Position numbers and translations under genes: made by a program. The notes beneath the pieces were generated by a model. That model had not been told where the DNA came from. It saw nothing but the letters and a program-made list of their open reading frames with translations, and ran no database searches. From Conidiobolus incongruus B7586 (lineage: Eukaryota), in assembly GCA_000697335.1 (NCBI GenBank), contig JNEM01012695.1, forward strand, positions 1-61,254: DNA of 61,254 nt. Reading direction: 5' to 3'. Each line of letters starts with the position of its first letter. Position 1 is the first letter of the stretch. Positions 49,703 through 61,254 of this stretch are shown here, piece by piece.

Positions 49703-51421
49703 ATGTCGGCTCCTGGAGATCGTCGTAATGTTGGTAAAGGTACAAGCAATTTTAAAATTGATGAATTTCGTCGTAGAAGAGATGAAGCTCAAGTCGAATT
49801 GAGACGCGTTCAAAGAGATGAAAATAATGTTAAGAGAAGAGAAATCAAACCCGAGATGTATGATGCTGAAGATGATAGTGAAGATGAATATGAAATTTCT
49901 AGTGAGGTATATCTAACTCTATTTTGAGATTCTTATATTTGAACAAATTTACTCATATTTGTTTATTTTTTTAGGTTAACAAAATCATTCCCGAATTGGT
50001 CAATTCTTTATACTCTCCCAAACCTGAACAAGTTTTAGACGCTGCTACTAGATTCCGTCAATTATTATCTAAAGAAAAGAATCCTCCAATTGATGAAGTT
50101 ATTCGCGCTAATGTAGTTCCTAGATTTGTTGAACTTTTAACTTTTGAAAATGAAATGATTCAGGTAAATTGTTTTTTTGTTTAATTTATTTTTCCAATTT
50201 ATACTGATTACAGATTTTTAGTTTGAAGCTGCTTGGGCTTTGACTAATATTGCTTCCGGTACTTCCGCACAAACTAAAGTTGTTATCGATTCTGGCGCTG
50301 TTCCTCGCTTTATTGAATTACTTTCTAGCCCCACACCTGATGTTCGTGAACAATCTGTTTGGGCACTTGGTAATATTGCTGGTGATAGTCCTGCTTGCCG
50401 TGATTTGGTATTGAGAGAAGGTGCTTTAGCTCCTCTCCTCGCTATTTTCTCTGAAAGTGGTACCAAAGCCAGTATGATTCAAAACGCTATTTGGACTCTT
50501 TCTAACTTCTGTCGTGGTAAGAACCCTCAACCTCAATGGAGTGCTATTGCTCCTGCTGTCCCTGTTTTGGCTAAGGTCATCTATTCCTTCGATGAAAAGA
50601 TTGTCATTGATGCTTGTTGGGGGTTATCCTACTTGACAGACGGAAACAACGAAAAGATTCAAGCTGTCATTGAAACTGGTGTATGCCGTCGTTTGGTTGA
50701 ACTTTTAATGAGTCCTAATACCGCTGTTCAAACTCCCGCTCTTCGTACTATTGGTAATATTGTCACCGGTGATGATATGCAAACCCAAGTTGTCATTAAC
50801 TGTGGCGCTCTTCATGCTCTTCATACTTTATTCAATAGCCCTAAGGAAGGTATTCGTAAGGAAGCTTGCTGGACTATTTCCAACATCACTGCTGGTAACA
50901 ACTCCCAAATCCAATCTGTCATTGATGCTGGTATCATCCCCTCTCTCGTTAAAATTCTTCAAGATGGTGAATTTAAAACCAAGAAGGAAGCTTGCTGGGC
51001 CATTTCTAACGCCACCTCTGGTGCTTTAACCCGCCCTGATCAAATTCAATACCTCGCTGAATGTGGTTGTATTCCTCCTCTCTGTGAACTTTTGACTTGT
51101 GGTGACAACAAGATTATCCAAGTTGCTTTAGATGGTCTCGAAAACATGCTTAAGGTTGGTGAACACAATCGTATGATGACTAACAATATCAATGTTTACG
51201 CCATTTTAATTGAAGAATGTGGTGGTATGGATAAAATCAACAATCTTCAAATGCACGAAAATATGGACATCTACAGAAAGGCTTATAACATTGTTGATAA
51301 GTATTTCGGCGATGATCAAGATGAAGATACTGGTCTTGCTCCTGATGTCAATATGGAAACTGGTGAGTATACTTTCGACACCAACTACCAAGCTCCTCAA
51401 GGTGGTTATCAATTCAACTAA
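49703..51421 (+). CDS. SRP1: Importin alpha (karyopherin alpha), ~530 aa
   Basis: Exons 49703-49906, 49975-50163, 50222-51421. IBB domain [15 protein letters not shown]...KRR; ARM repeats [46 protein letters not shown]. Confidence 0.97.
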
Positions 51422-54400
51422 GTTGCCATATCAAATATCATTTATTGAACTTAAATTTTGATTTGTTCATTTAAATCTAAATTTAAGCCATTACCTGAAA
51501 TTAATCTAGGATTCCCGATTTCATTGCTAGTGTTCTTAATTACTTAAGTACTGCCCCTGCATTAAGCTCATATATTGTATATCAAATTCAAAAATCTACC
51601 ACAATCCGAAATATATAATATCTCCCATATGAATCTCCCCAGTCTTATATATTTCATCTAAAATATAATACTTTTTTATTTCCAATTATATTCTATCATC
51701 CCCGAATCCTCAGATTAAAATTCTCTAATCCTAAAAAATTCACTATATCATCTCCCTATTTAAAATCCCTTTAATCAATTGTATAATTATAAAAATTTTA
51801 AGTTAAAATTGAATGAATTCTTTAACTTGTTGATATTGTTATAATCTCGATATATTTTTCGATATAACTTGTATTAGTATATTTTACACATTTAATAGAT
51901 TTAAAAACTTCAAATCTATAGAGATAATCTATATCTAATCTTATATTTTCATCATAATATTGATATCATCACTATATAATTTCAATCTTTTGAATAAATC
52001 TTATATTTTGTTTGAAGTATTTAAATATATGCAATTTTTCAAATTATTTTCTGTATTATACAAAATGAATCTTTAAGTTGAAATATATATATATATATAT
52101 ATTAAATTATAATTAAAAAATCTCTATTTCTATATCAAAAAGAATAACCTTTTATGATACTTGTCATATTCTTGCCTAAATAACAGATATAATACTACTT
52201 ACATTCATAAACTATGATGCATTTTCAAATAACTCAAAACGCTAAGAGTAAATCACAAAGTAGAATATATTAAATGAACTATTGATTTTATATTAATTTT
52301 AATATATGTATATCTATTTTATTAAAAAATATTCAGTATATTATTAATGATCAAATTAATATAAAATTATTGTTAATTTTATTTAACTCTCAAAGTTTAT
52401 AATATGCGAATTAAATAGGATCAGAGAAATTTTGCATAAAAAAGAGTTTATTATCTTTGAATGAAGAATAATTTAATTATGTTAAATTTGAATTGAATAA
52501 TATTATAGTAACTATAATGATTATTTTAATAAAATATTTTTTATGCTTTAATTTTTTTAAAAGTCTAATTGATAAGAATATTATAATCAATTGAGGAATT
52601 GAAACAAAACCTATCCAATATAGTATCCAGCATCTTGATTATTATTTATTTAATTTTAAAAGTTAAAATGTATTAAATATGTTATATATAGACTTTGTTC
52701 AAAAAATATTTTAATAATTTAATTTAAAATATTATAATTTAGGATTAAATAAGATAAATTAAACAAATTTTAAATATAATGAATAATATTTCAATATAAT
52801 TAAAAAAAAATAGAATGATATGAAACAATTTAACTAATTTTTTTGTTAAACTATTATATAAATTGTATTTTATACTTAAAGTTTCTGTTGATAAAACATT
52901 AAAAAACATTCTAATATAAAATTAAAATTATTAGTTGTAGTAAATATTTATATATAAATATAAAGTGAAATTAATCTCTTAATAAATAAATTTTAATTAT
53001 ATAGATGTTGGAAATATAATCTAAAGAATAAATCATATTCAATATATAATACTTTTTATACTTTAATGATCATGATTAAAATAAAAATTAGAAAAATTAA
53101 AATCCATATATGATACTACTAATTGGGTATTATAAAAACCAATATTTCAATCCATTTCATTTCCAAATATTTTTCAAAATTTCTTATTATTACCATATTT
53201 TCATTTTATACATTTTGATTAATTGTAATTCGATGATACTTAATTATATTAATTAAATAAAAATACAAAACTTAAGCAATATTTAATATTAATCATATAT
53301 ATGTATATATATATACATATATATTAATTTACTGAAGGTTTTAAACAAAATTAAAATATTTTTTATATTAAAGAGTAAATTTTTTGAGATTGATAAATTA
53401 ATTTAATTAATTATTTTAATTTTCAACAAAGTATTATATTAACCAATTATATTCAGTTTCCTTGAAACCATATAATTTTTTAGTTTTAAACTGAGAGTAA
53501 TATTAAAAAATATATGAATATTTTATATTATAGATTAATTTTTATTTTTAATTGATGATAAATTAATTTCAATAATATTTATATATAATATAAAAAACCT
53601 AATTAAGTTTTGTTTTCTTATGAATATTTGGCGATTTAGTAGATTATTCAACAAATACATGAGTAATTCTGAATGTGCGACTAAATATTGTTGAATTCGG
53701 GCCTAGCTTGTAACACTGACGGAATAAGTTAAAAATCAAATATATTTAATCAATTAAATTTTAATGATCAATTAGTATTAATTTAAGAATTAGTTAATGG
53801 TATCTTTAGTACATCATAAGTTATCTTAATTTGATCAATTTGATATAATTATATGTTTCATAAATTTAGAAAAAAAAGTTAAAATAGCTAATATTTATAA
53901 ATAAAATGAATATATTATTAATTAATCTTTGATGAGTAATCTATTAAATTTTATAAAATCATTGGTAAAAAAATATCAGCGAAATATATTTAAAATATTA
54001 GTTCTTTTCTCAAAATCCACTAATATCTCTCAATATGATATCTCAAATTTAGTATAAACTATCTTATAGTCATTTTCTCCTCTCAATTATTTGTAATACT
54101 ATTCTATCTTTATTGTACCATTTATTTGAAGATTGTGAAATTTAATTAACTATTTTTTATAATTTAATAATATCCTATTAAAATTTAAAATTTATATAAA
54201 ATGAATTTTTTTTAAATAATTAAAATAAAATTTTAAACAAATTAATTTTAATTTTTATAAAAGTATATATCTTGCTTTATTAGATGATTTAATTTAAAGT
54301 TTGAAATTTAGCTATATTTTTTTGCTAAAGATTATAATTCAATAATTTATTAAAATAAACTGTTTAAAATATATAATATCATAAATTTTATTGATTAAAA

Positions 54401-54445
54401 TATAAAATTGTATTTAAAGTTTAAATGTTTCAATATCCTAAAAAA

Positions 54446-55744
54446 CTATTCATTAGAATCACAAGGTGGTAGTGAAGGTGATAACTCTTTACCTTTATGC
54501 TCACCGAATAAATTTAAGTGTTTCGAATGTTTGGGTTCATCGCTAGACCATAAATGATGCTTTGATTTGTGATCGCGGTTATACTCGTAGTCTGCTCTCA
54601 ATTTTCTAGAAGGTCTTAACTTGGTATAAGACTCTTTTTTTTCATGCTCCAGCTCACTTTTAGAATCCGAATCATATTTATTCCACCAACCTGCTTTAAC
54701 TGGCTTCTCAGCTTTCAAATTATAAGAGGACTTTTTCATTTGTGTGTAACGTTTATAGAAGTCATTATTCCAAGAATAAAACTCACTAGGCTTTTCAGCT
54801 TTCAATTTATGTGGAGGTAATTGGTCATATGTTGGATCTGTGAGTTCATCATCATATTCAGAATCTTCATCAATGTATTCCTCATCAGACCAACTATCAC
54901 TTTCATACTCTTCAAGCGGATCATACATTTCCTTTTCTAGGGACTTGTGCTTTTTAAGATAATGATCCAAAATTTCCCGAGTACTCCAACTGGGATCTTC
55001 ACCAACATAATCCGAGTTACTGATCGCCTTTTTGATCCAATAATCAATAGCGGCTTGTCTTTCCTTCTGTTTTCTCTCGTTTTGGGTCTCTTCAGCTCTT
55101 AAATGATCTGAGTACCACCCAGATTTGAATTTTTCCTTAATTTTGTTAGTTAAAAAACTCCTAGTGGGATCGGGATTATTAGCTCTCAATTTATGAGAGG
55201 ATGGCTCGTGAGCTTGACCAGAATGTTCTGAATGCTTAACATTATTAATGAATTTGTTAATTTCATCATCGATTTTAGCATGATGCTGCTCTTTTTCTCC
55301 TGCTCTCAATTTCTTTGAGGATGATCCATGAGTTTGATCAGAGTGTCCTTCAGATTGGTGGCGTGATGTATGTTTTGAAAATTCTTCCATTAAGTCGCTA
55401 AACAAACTTTCAATGTTTTTGCCATTTTGAGGGTTTTGTTCTTCAGTTAACTCAGCTCTCAACTCTTGCAAAAATCCTCCTTTAGTTTGTGATTTTTCTT
55501 CTTTACTAGTCTCGCGTTCACCTTTAGAATGCAAGTTTTCTTTATTGGAATTATGTCCATGGTTGGGTTCCGAAGCAACTGAATCATTCTTTGGAGGTCC
55601 AGCAGATTGATGATCAAACGAGTTGACAAATTCACTTACTGCCCTAAGGAAATGCTTACTGCTACTCTCCTCGTTGGGACCGGTTGGAGCTCCAAATACA
55701 GCGGAGATAACAATACAACTAATTAACCAATTTAAAGATTTCAT
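54446..55744 (-). CDS. Secreted orphan protein with eight recurring L[RK]A motifs (candidate polypeptide precursor), 432 aa
   Basis: Intronless ORF with signal peptide MKSLNWLISCIVISAVFG|AP. Charged, His-rich body punctuated by FLRA, ELRA, KLRA, KLRA, HLRA, KLKA, NLKA and KLRA. Confidence 0.88.
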   Translation of the reverse strand: MKSLNWLISCIVISAVFGAPTGPNEESSSKHFLRAVSEFVNSFDHQSAGPPKNDSVASEPNHGHNSNKENLHSKGERETSKEEKSQTKGGFLQELRAELTEEQNPQNGKNIESLFSDLMEEFSKHTSRHQSEGHSDQTHGSSSKKLRAGEKEQHHAKIDDEINKFINNVKHSEHSGQAHEPSSHKLRANNPDPTRSFLTNKIKEKFKSGWYSDHLRAEETQNERKQKERQAAIDYWIKKAISNSDYVGEDPSWSTREILDHYLKKHKSLEKEMYDPLEEYESDSWSDEEYIDEDSEYDDELTDPTYDQLPPHKLKAEKPSEFYSWNNDFYKRYTQMKKSSYNLKAEKPVKAGWWNKYDSDSKSELEHEKKESYTKLRPSRKLRADYEYNRDHKSKHHLWSSDEPKHSKHLNLFGEHKGKELSPSLPPCDSNE

Positions 55745-56479
55745 ATTGAAATTAGTAAAAAATAGCTTTATTTATTTTTGATTTTATAACTGATGCAGCT
55801 ATATATAATAACATCAGGTCCATAATAATTAATATTTACATGTTTGGAAATATAATCTGCGAAATAACTTCTAATTTCGCGAGTATAATCCATTTTAAAT
55901 CATTTTTTAAATTGAATTTAGATTTGGAATTAATTTAAATCATTATCAACCATAATATATCATTTGAAATATTACTGGTTTGTTAATATATTTTATTTAT
56001 TAGAATAAAATAGTTATATAATTTCTGGAGTGAAATTGTTAAAGGACTATAATAGAAAAACTATTCAACTTTTAAAGTTATCTTCTTTTATTAGTGAATT
56101 TTATTTGAAATATAAAAATATTATTGCATCTTAAATTCTAATTTATCCTAATTTAATATATACTTTTATATTAATTTAACTTATGCTATTTAACCAATTA
56201 TATGTATTTCTGAGCTATTAACTCATCATATATCTGATGTTCTGAGTAAAATATCAACTAATATGATGCACGACTTGAGTCGAAGATTGTAGAAATAAAA
56301 TTATTATAATTTATACAATCAATAATATTCATTTTTTACTGAAGCTTTAAATAGTTTAATATTTATTAATTTAATATAAAAAACAAACTATTATATATAT
56401 AATTGAAGATTAAATTGTATAAAAAAATTCTTAAAAAATTTTCTAATTATAAATATTAGATCAATAAAATGTTTTCTAG

Positions 56480-57350
56480 ACAATAACTCTACCGAATAAG
56501 CTTTAATCAGGATTATTGACAATATTAATTAGAGCATAATGAATCAATGTAGAAATAATATATTTTCCCACAATTACATAAAGTTTTTAATAATTACAAC
56601 ATTATTTTGTTACAAATTCCATCTTTTCAAAAGTTTTAAACAATGATTGAATTAATAATTTAAATTAATTACACGATCGGATACCTTAATATTATAATTT
56701 ATATCAAATTTTTAATTCAAATTGTATACAATAATACTCCTAAACATTAAACAGTAGCTGATATGCCAATATTATTCATTAGCAAATTTTAATATATTCA
56801 ATATTTCAAACTACAGTAAAGGTTATAAACAATTATACAACGAAACACTTAAGTTGAATGCTGAATAATAAGAATAATTTTGACAATTAATACGATAAAA
56901 TTACAAATATATAAGATCATATAATTTTGATTCGATCATTAAAATTATTATTCCCTGTAGTATGGTTTTGTTGAATGAATGAGTGAGTAACGGTGAGGAT
57001 CAGCACCTTATTAGCAATATTTTCAAAACTGAATATATTGATTAAATGTTCAATTGTTACCAAAATATAATATTAAATAATTTCAACTTTTTTAATTCAA
57101 GTGATTTAACAACTTTAATTTATAAGATGATCACATTAAAATTAAGATCTGTAAAATAATCTTTTGGTAAAATCGCAGCTAATTGAATCAAATTCATTCC
57201 ATTTCGGGCTCTGTAGAAACATTAAAATTTTATAAATATTGATTTTAATGATAATTGTATATAATATAATATTATCTGCATGTAAACTAATTTGAAGTAA
57301 TATCAACTGTATTAAAATCTTATGAGATGAATACACTCCAATCAAAATTG
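56480..57350 (-). pseudogene. Possible further decayed 7TM/GPCR-like gene
   Basis: Hydrophobic fragments broken by many stops. SPKWNEFDSISCDFT resembles the ECL1 Trp and TM3 Cys region. Weak support. Confidence 0.3.
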
Positions 57351-60144
57351 AGATGTTTTATATATTATGACATAAAATTAATTAAATATGTTATTCAGAT
57401 CTTATAACTCAAAATTTAATATATTATTTTTTGTATCATTTTCTCTATAATTTTTTTCAGTTTTAATTATTAATAAATATAATAACTTTATTATTTAAGG
57501 CTCATATAAAAATCAATGATAGATATAAAAACACATATAGTGAAATATATAGTTTAAATAAAATTCTAGCATAACAATTTATTGTACAATGGTATTAATA
57601 TAGTTAATATATAATTTAAGCCTAAATTCAACTTCAGTTTTTTAATATCTACTAATTCCAATACAGGTTTTAATAACTATATGAAATTTAGTTTAATAAA
57701 GTTAATGTCATGAAAATACTTTTAACCATTAATGTTGTTGTGTATAAGTCATAAAATAAGGCATATTCTTATTAATAGATGATGCTTTAGTAGGTGCAGC
57801 TAGCATTTTAGCTGAATTTTCTATAATATAAATATATATTTTTTGAAGGATAATAAAAACTCTTTTAATTTGATATTTATTTTTATAATCCATTTATAAT
57901 CAAATTTAATAAAATTATTTGAAAAAATAATATTTAATAACATTAATTCTAATATCAAATCTTATTATCTTAAAACCTATGGAGTTATAAACAATAGAGT
58001 TTTACAACAGATATAGAATAATATATAAGCCCAATTCAAATATTTCTCTAAAAATTTCATAGATAACAACTTTTTAGTTATTTTAATTATCTAAGTGATA
58101 ATTCAAATACAAATTTTTAAATTTTTCAATATTTATTTTTAAATAATAAGAATTGAAAACTTTCTGATCTATAATTATTAATAATTAATATATCATAAGA
58201 TGGAAAATATTTTGTAAAAAATATCTACAGAATTTTAAAATTATATTATATAAAATTAATATAATATATAGTTGTTATTTTATTTCTAAAATCAAATATA
58301 TCTAATTTTATTAATCAAATTAAGTTTATATTAAAATTGAGAATATTTTTCTAGGAATTTTACAAACTGTATAAAATAATATTATTAGTAATACTTTCTT
58401 ATTACTATAAGAACTATAATATATAATAATTATATAATAACTTTTATAATTCAGTTTTTAAATTTTTAGTATTAATTTTTATAAGAATTTATTATTAAAT
58501 AATTCAATTTAATTAAAATAATTTTATGTCTGAAAAACAAAATAATTTGAAATATTTAAAATAAAATGCAAAAAAAATGAATAAGTATTAATTTGTATTT
58601 TTTACTACTTATATCCAGTTTTTAAGTAAAAGAAACTTAAATAATATTCTTTTTATATAATCAAGTTTATATTTGATTTTAATTTTAATAAAAATAGATC
58701 ATGTCAAATATTTTTTATTATATAATATTTAATTATAAATTAAATATTTTAAGAAATTAAAATTTTTAGGTTCATATCAAATACCAAGAAGGTAAATTTT
58801 TTCAAAAGGTATTCCTTATTAACAGTTTCATTATTTGGACAAGTTAGACTTGTTAAGCATTATCTTTGATTTTATAACTTATGCATAATTATTAAATAAT
58901 CATCAGATTGAAATTTAAAATATAATCAGAATTTACAATTTGGATTATGTCATATATTCATAATTTATTTGTAATTATTGCTTTTTATAAAAAGTATTGG
59001 CGCGGATCGGAAGTCCGCTCGCCATTCAACTTTAACCGTCCGTCATGACTCCTGATCTAATCCACTCATAAATATTAGAAACAATCCTTGCTTAATGACA
59101 AATTCCAGATTATAACAGAAATTGAAGTTTCAACACATTAGCAAAGGATTAGTCACACTATAAAATAGTCACTGGTCACCTATTTGCTTGGCGATCATCT
59201 CGATCATGGCCAAGTGCTACATCTTGATATTTTAATAAAACCCTTTAAAGTATTTCGTTAGTCGTCCTTGGCCTGTTTTATCGGATCTATGAGATTCTTA
59301 TTTCAAATCTACTTTCTAGAAGAGCTGTAATATACAATTTGATATATTTATTTTGTATTTAATCTTCACTAAAATTTAAATATTAAAAAATTGAAAAATA
59401 CATTGAAATAAATTTATGTTATTTGTAAACAGAAAAGTTAAACAGGTCAATTGCCCAATATACTCAAAATAGGAGATTAATTTTAATCAATGTTATTACT
59501 TATAGTTATTTGATGGAGAGATATATATATTTATAATAAATGATCCAATATTATAACAGTATATACCAAAATAAAATTATTCAAATTCCAGCATCGCTCT
59601 GCTAGCTACTTCAAAATAATCTACTTATCAGAGCATCAATTCAACTAGAAGATGCATTCTGAGATGAATGACTCATCTAATTTGTTGAATTTACAGGATT
59701 ACTTTAAAATTAAAGCTATTAAATATTATGATATGAAATAATTGCAACAAAATATTCAAAGGTAATATCATGGTTTAAAGATGATAACAAATTTGTTATA
59801 TAATTAAAATTAATAGAGCAATTAGCAATATAAAATGAAATAGATGATATTGGGGTAGAGTATTAGATTAATATAAACAATGATTTCAGCTTTAATTATC
59901 TAAACTTGAGGGAATTATTTTCCACTAGAATATAAATCAAAGTAATAATATTAAATTATTACAAAATAAACATATTTCATTATTTAAAAATTTTTAATAA
60001 TTTTATATTGATTAATTCATTTTAATTAAAATTTTGAATTAATTATATACTGTTTTAATTTTATAGTTTTTCCATAATAAATTAAAATTGAATTATTAAA
60101 TTTTATTGAAATATTATATAAGTGTAATAAAATATTGAAAAAAA

Positions 60145-60420
60145 TTCATTAGAACACAAGGTAGTAATGTAGGTGATAATCCTTTATGTTCGCCGAATAA
60201 ATTGAAGTAATTTGAATTTTTGAATTCATCTTTAGACAAGGAATCATGCATTGATTTGTGATCGCGGTCAGATTCGTAGTCTTCTTTGAATGCTTCAGAA
60301 GATTATAGCTTGATTTTAGGCCCTTTTCCTTGGTGGTACAGTTCATTTTAGAATTAAATAATCTGTATTCCACTAATGTGCATGAATTAATCTCTGCTCT
60401 CAACTTATGTGAAGATTATC
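60145..60420 (-). pseudogene. Frameshifted paralogue of the 3' part of the L[RK]A secreted-protein gene
   Basis: Reads SSHKLRAE...KSSYNL, then in another frame EDYESDRDHKSMHDSLSKDEFKNSNYFNLFGEHKGLSPTLLPC/SNE. The intact gene ends ADYEYNRDHKSKHHLWSSDEPKHSKHLNLFGEHKGKELSPSLPPCDSNE. Confidence 0.88.
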
Positions 60421-60961
60421 CCATTTCTTTTGGATATTAATTCAACTTTTCCAACTATTTCTTAAAGACTTTACATCATAGTTATCAATTTGAATGAAGA
60501 TAATTTTTGGCTATTTTTGATTGAATCACTTTGAGAATTGTGGGTACTTACCAGTTTCTTATTTTTATGATCCTTTAAAACACCTGCCTAAAAATAATTC
60601 ACAACAAAATCTGACACTTTAATCAAGCTTGTGGTATGTTATTAATTTCAAAATCTTCATCAGTGTATTTTTAATTAGGAAAACCTTTACATTTATACAA
60701 TTCAAATGAATCCGCCATCTCAATTCAATGGGACTTATGAAATTTACTATTTTACATCCAATTCTTTGGAAACAGGCCAACCGGAACCAATATCAATATT
60801 GTTTAAGTTAATAATTGCTTTTTTATCTAAGAATCATTTTCAAAATAACTTTTATTGTGTTTAATTTTATATTTGGGCATATTAAATCTTCATTTTTTTA
60901 AGATCTACTAAATTATGATTTTTTATTATAATTCTTTTTAAGCCATTATTTTGAAAATTTA

Positions 60962-61254
60962 TAATTAATACTAAATAATTTAAATTATTAAACTTTTTTA
61001 AAATTAAAATTAATAATAAGTTTTTGCTATTTTTTAACTTACTTCTAATAATTAAATAGCTTTTTTTTATTAAAAATTAAATTTAATGTTATATAATCAA
61101 ATTAAATTAATTTAAAAACTTTTTTTCTTATAAATATATTTTTTTAATAATTTAAAGGATTTAGTATTATATAATTTATGATTTAATAACTATATTAGAT
61201 ATAATAACTGATAATTAATTATTTTTAATTAATAAATCTTTTATAATATTAACT
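60962..61254 (-). mobile_element. 3' end of a second, more decayed copy of the same mariner family, running off the window edge
   Basis: The reverse complement shares agttattatatctaatata (61191-61209 vs 46371-46389), aacattaaattt...ttttaataaaaa (61057-61090 vs ~46492-46520) and ataaaagattt with the first element, in colinear order. Confidence 0.75.

Noticed and set aside
57400..58500. Possible F-box/LRR gene relic (TVCKIPRKIF on the minus strand); similar trace at ~24300-24600
   Set aside because: Too decayed and AT-rich to distinguish from chance by eye.
58998..59024. GC hairpin as a Helitron 3' end, group II intron domain V or RNase P CR-I (GGAAGTCCG)
   Set aside because: No CTRR at the expected distance on either strand, no GNRA loop for domain V, and no P4 partner strand.
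1..61254. tRNA, rRNA or CRISPR arrays
   Set aside because: No cloverleaf/T-loop signature, rRNA conserved block or repeat-spacer array was seen; the sequence is eukaryotic.

Overview
Very AT-rich, intron-containing fungal nuclear DNA with short (~50-80 nt) GT-AG introns. The gene content, the decayed class-A-like 7TM genes and the base composition suggest an early-diverging fungus such as Conidiobolus (Entomophthoromycotina); this is inference. I built 15 intact protein-coding genes by hand. Thirteen have recognisable products: GRASP55/65, complex I NDUFS5, Miro/GEM1, PER1, a Kin1/MARK-type kinase, LOG, CBP3, an mRNA guanylyltransferase with a ~1,100-aa disordered tail, DUF962/Mpo1-like, a SAMHD1-like dNTPase, MAK5/DDX24, prefoldin 4 and importin alpha. 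Two are orphan secreted proteins. The long intergenic tracts hold a complete 1.3-kb mariner element with heavy C>T/G>A damage (RIP-like), part of a second copy at the window end, a Stowaway-like MITE, several 7TM-receptor pseudogenes, a pseudogene paralogue of one secreted protein, and two GC-enriched islands that fold into hairpins. Best leads: (1) a secreted precursor punctuated by eight L[RK]A motifs, possibly a non-Kex2, RxLR-like polypeptide precursor; (2) RIP-like hypermutation in what appears to be a non-Dikarya fungus; (3) the giant capping enzyme.
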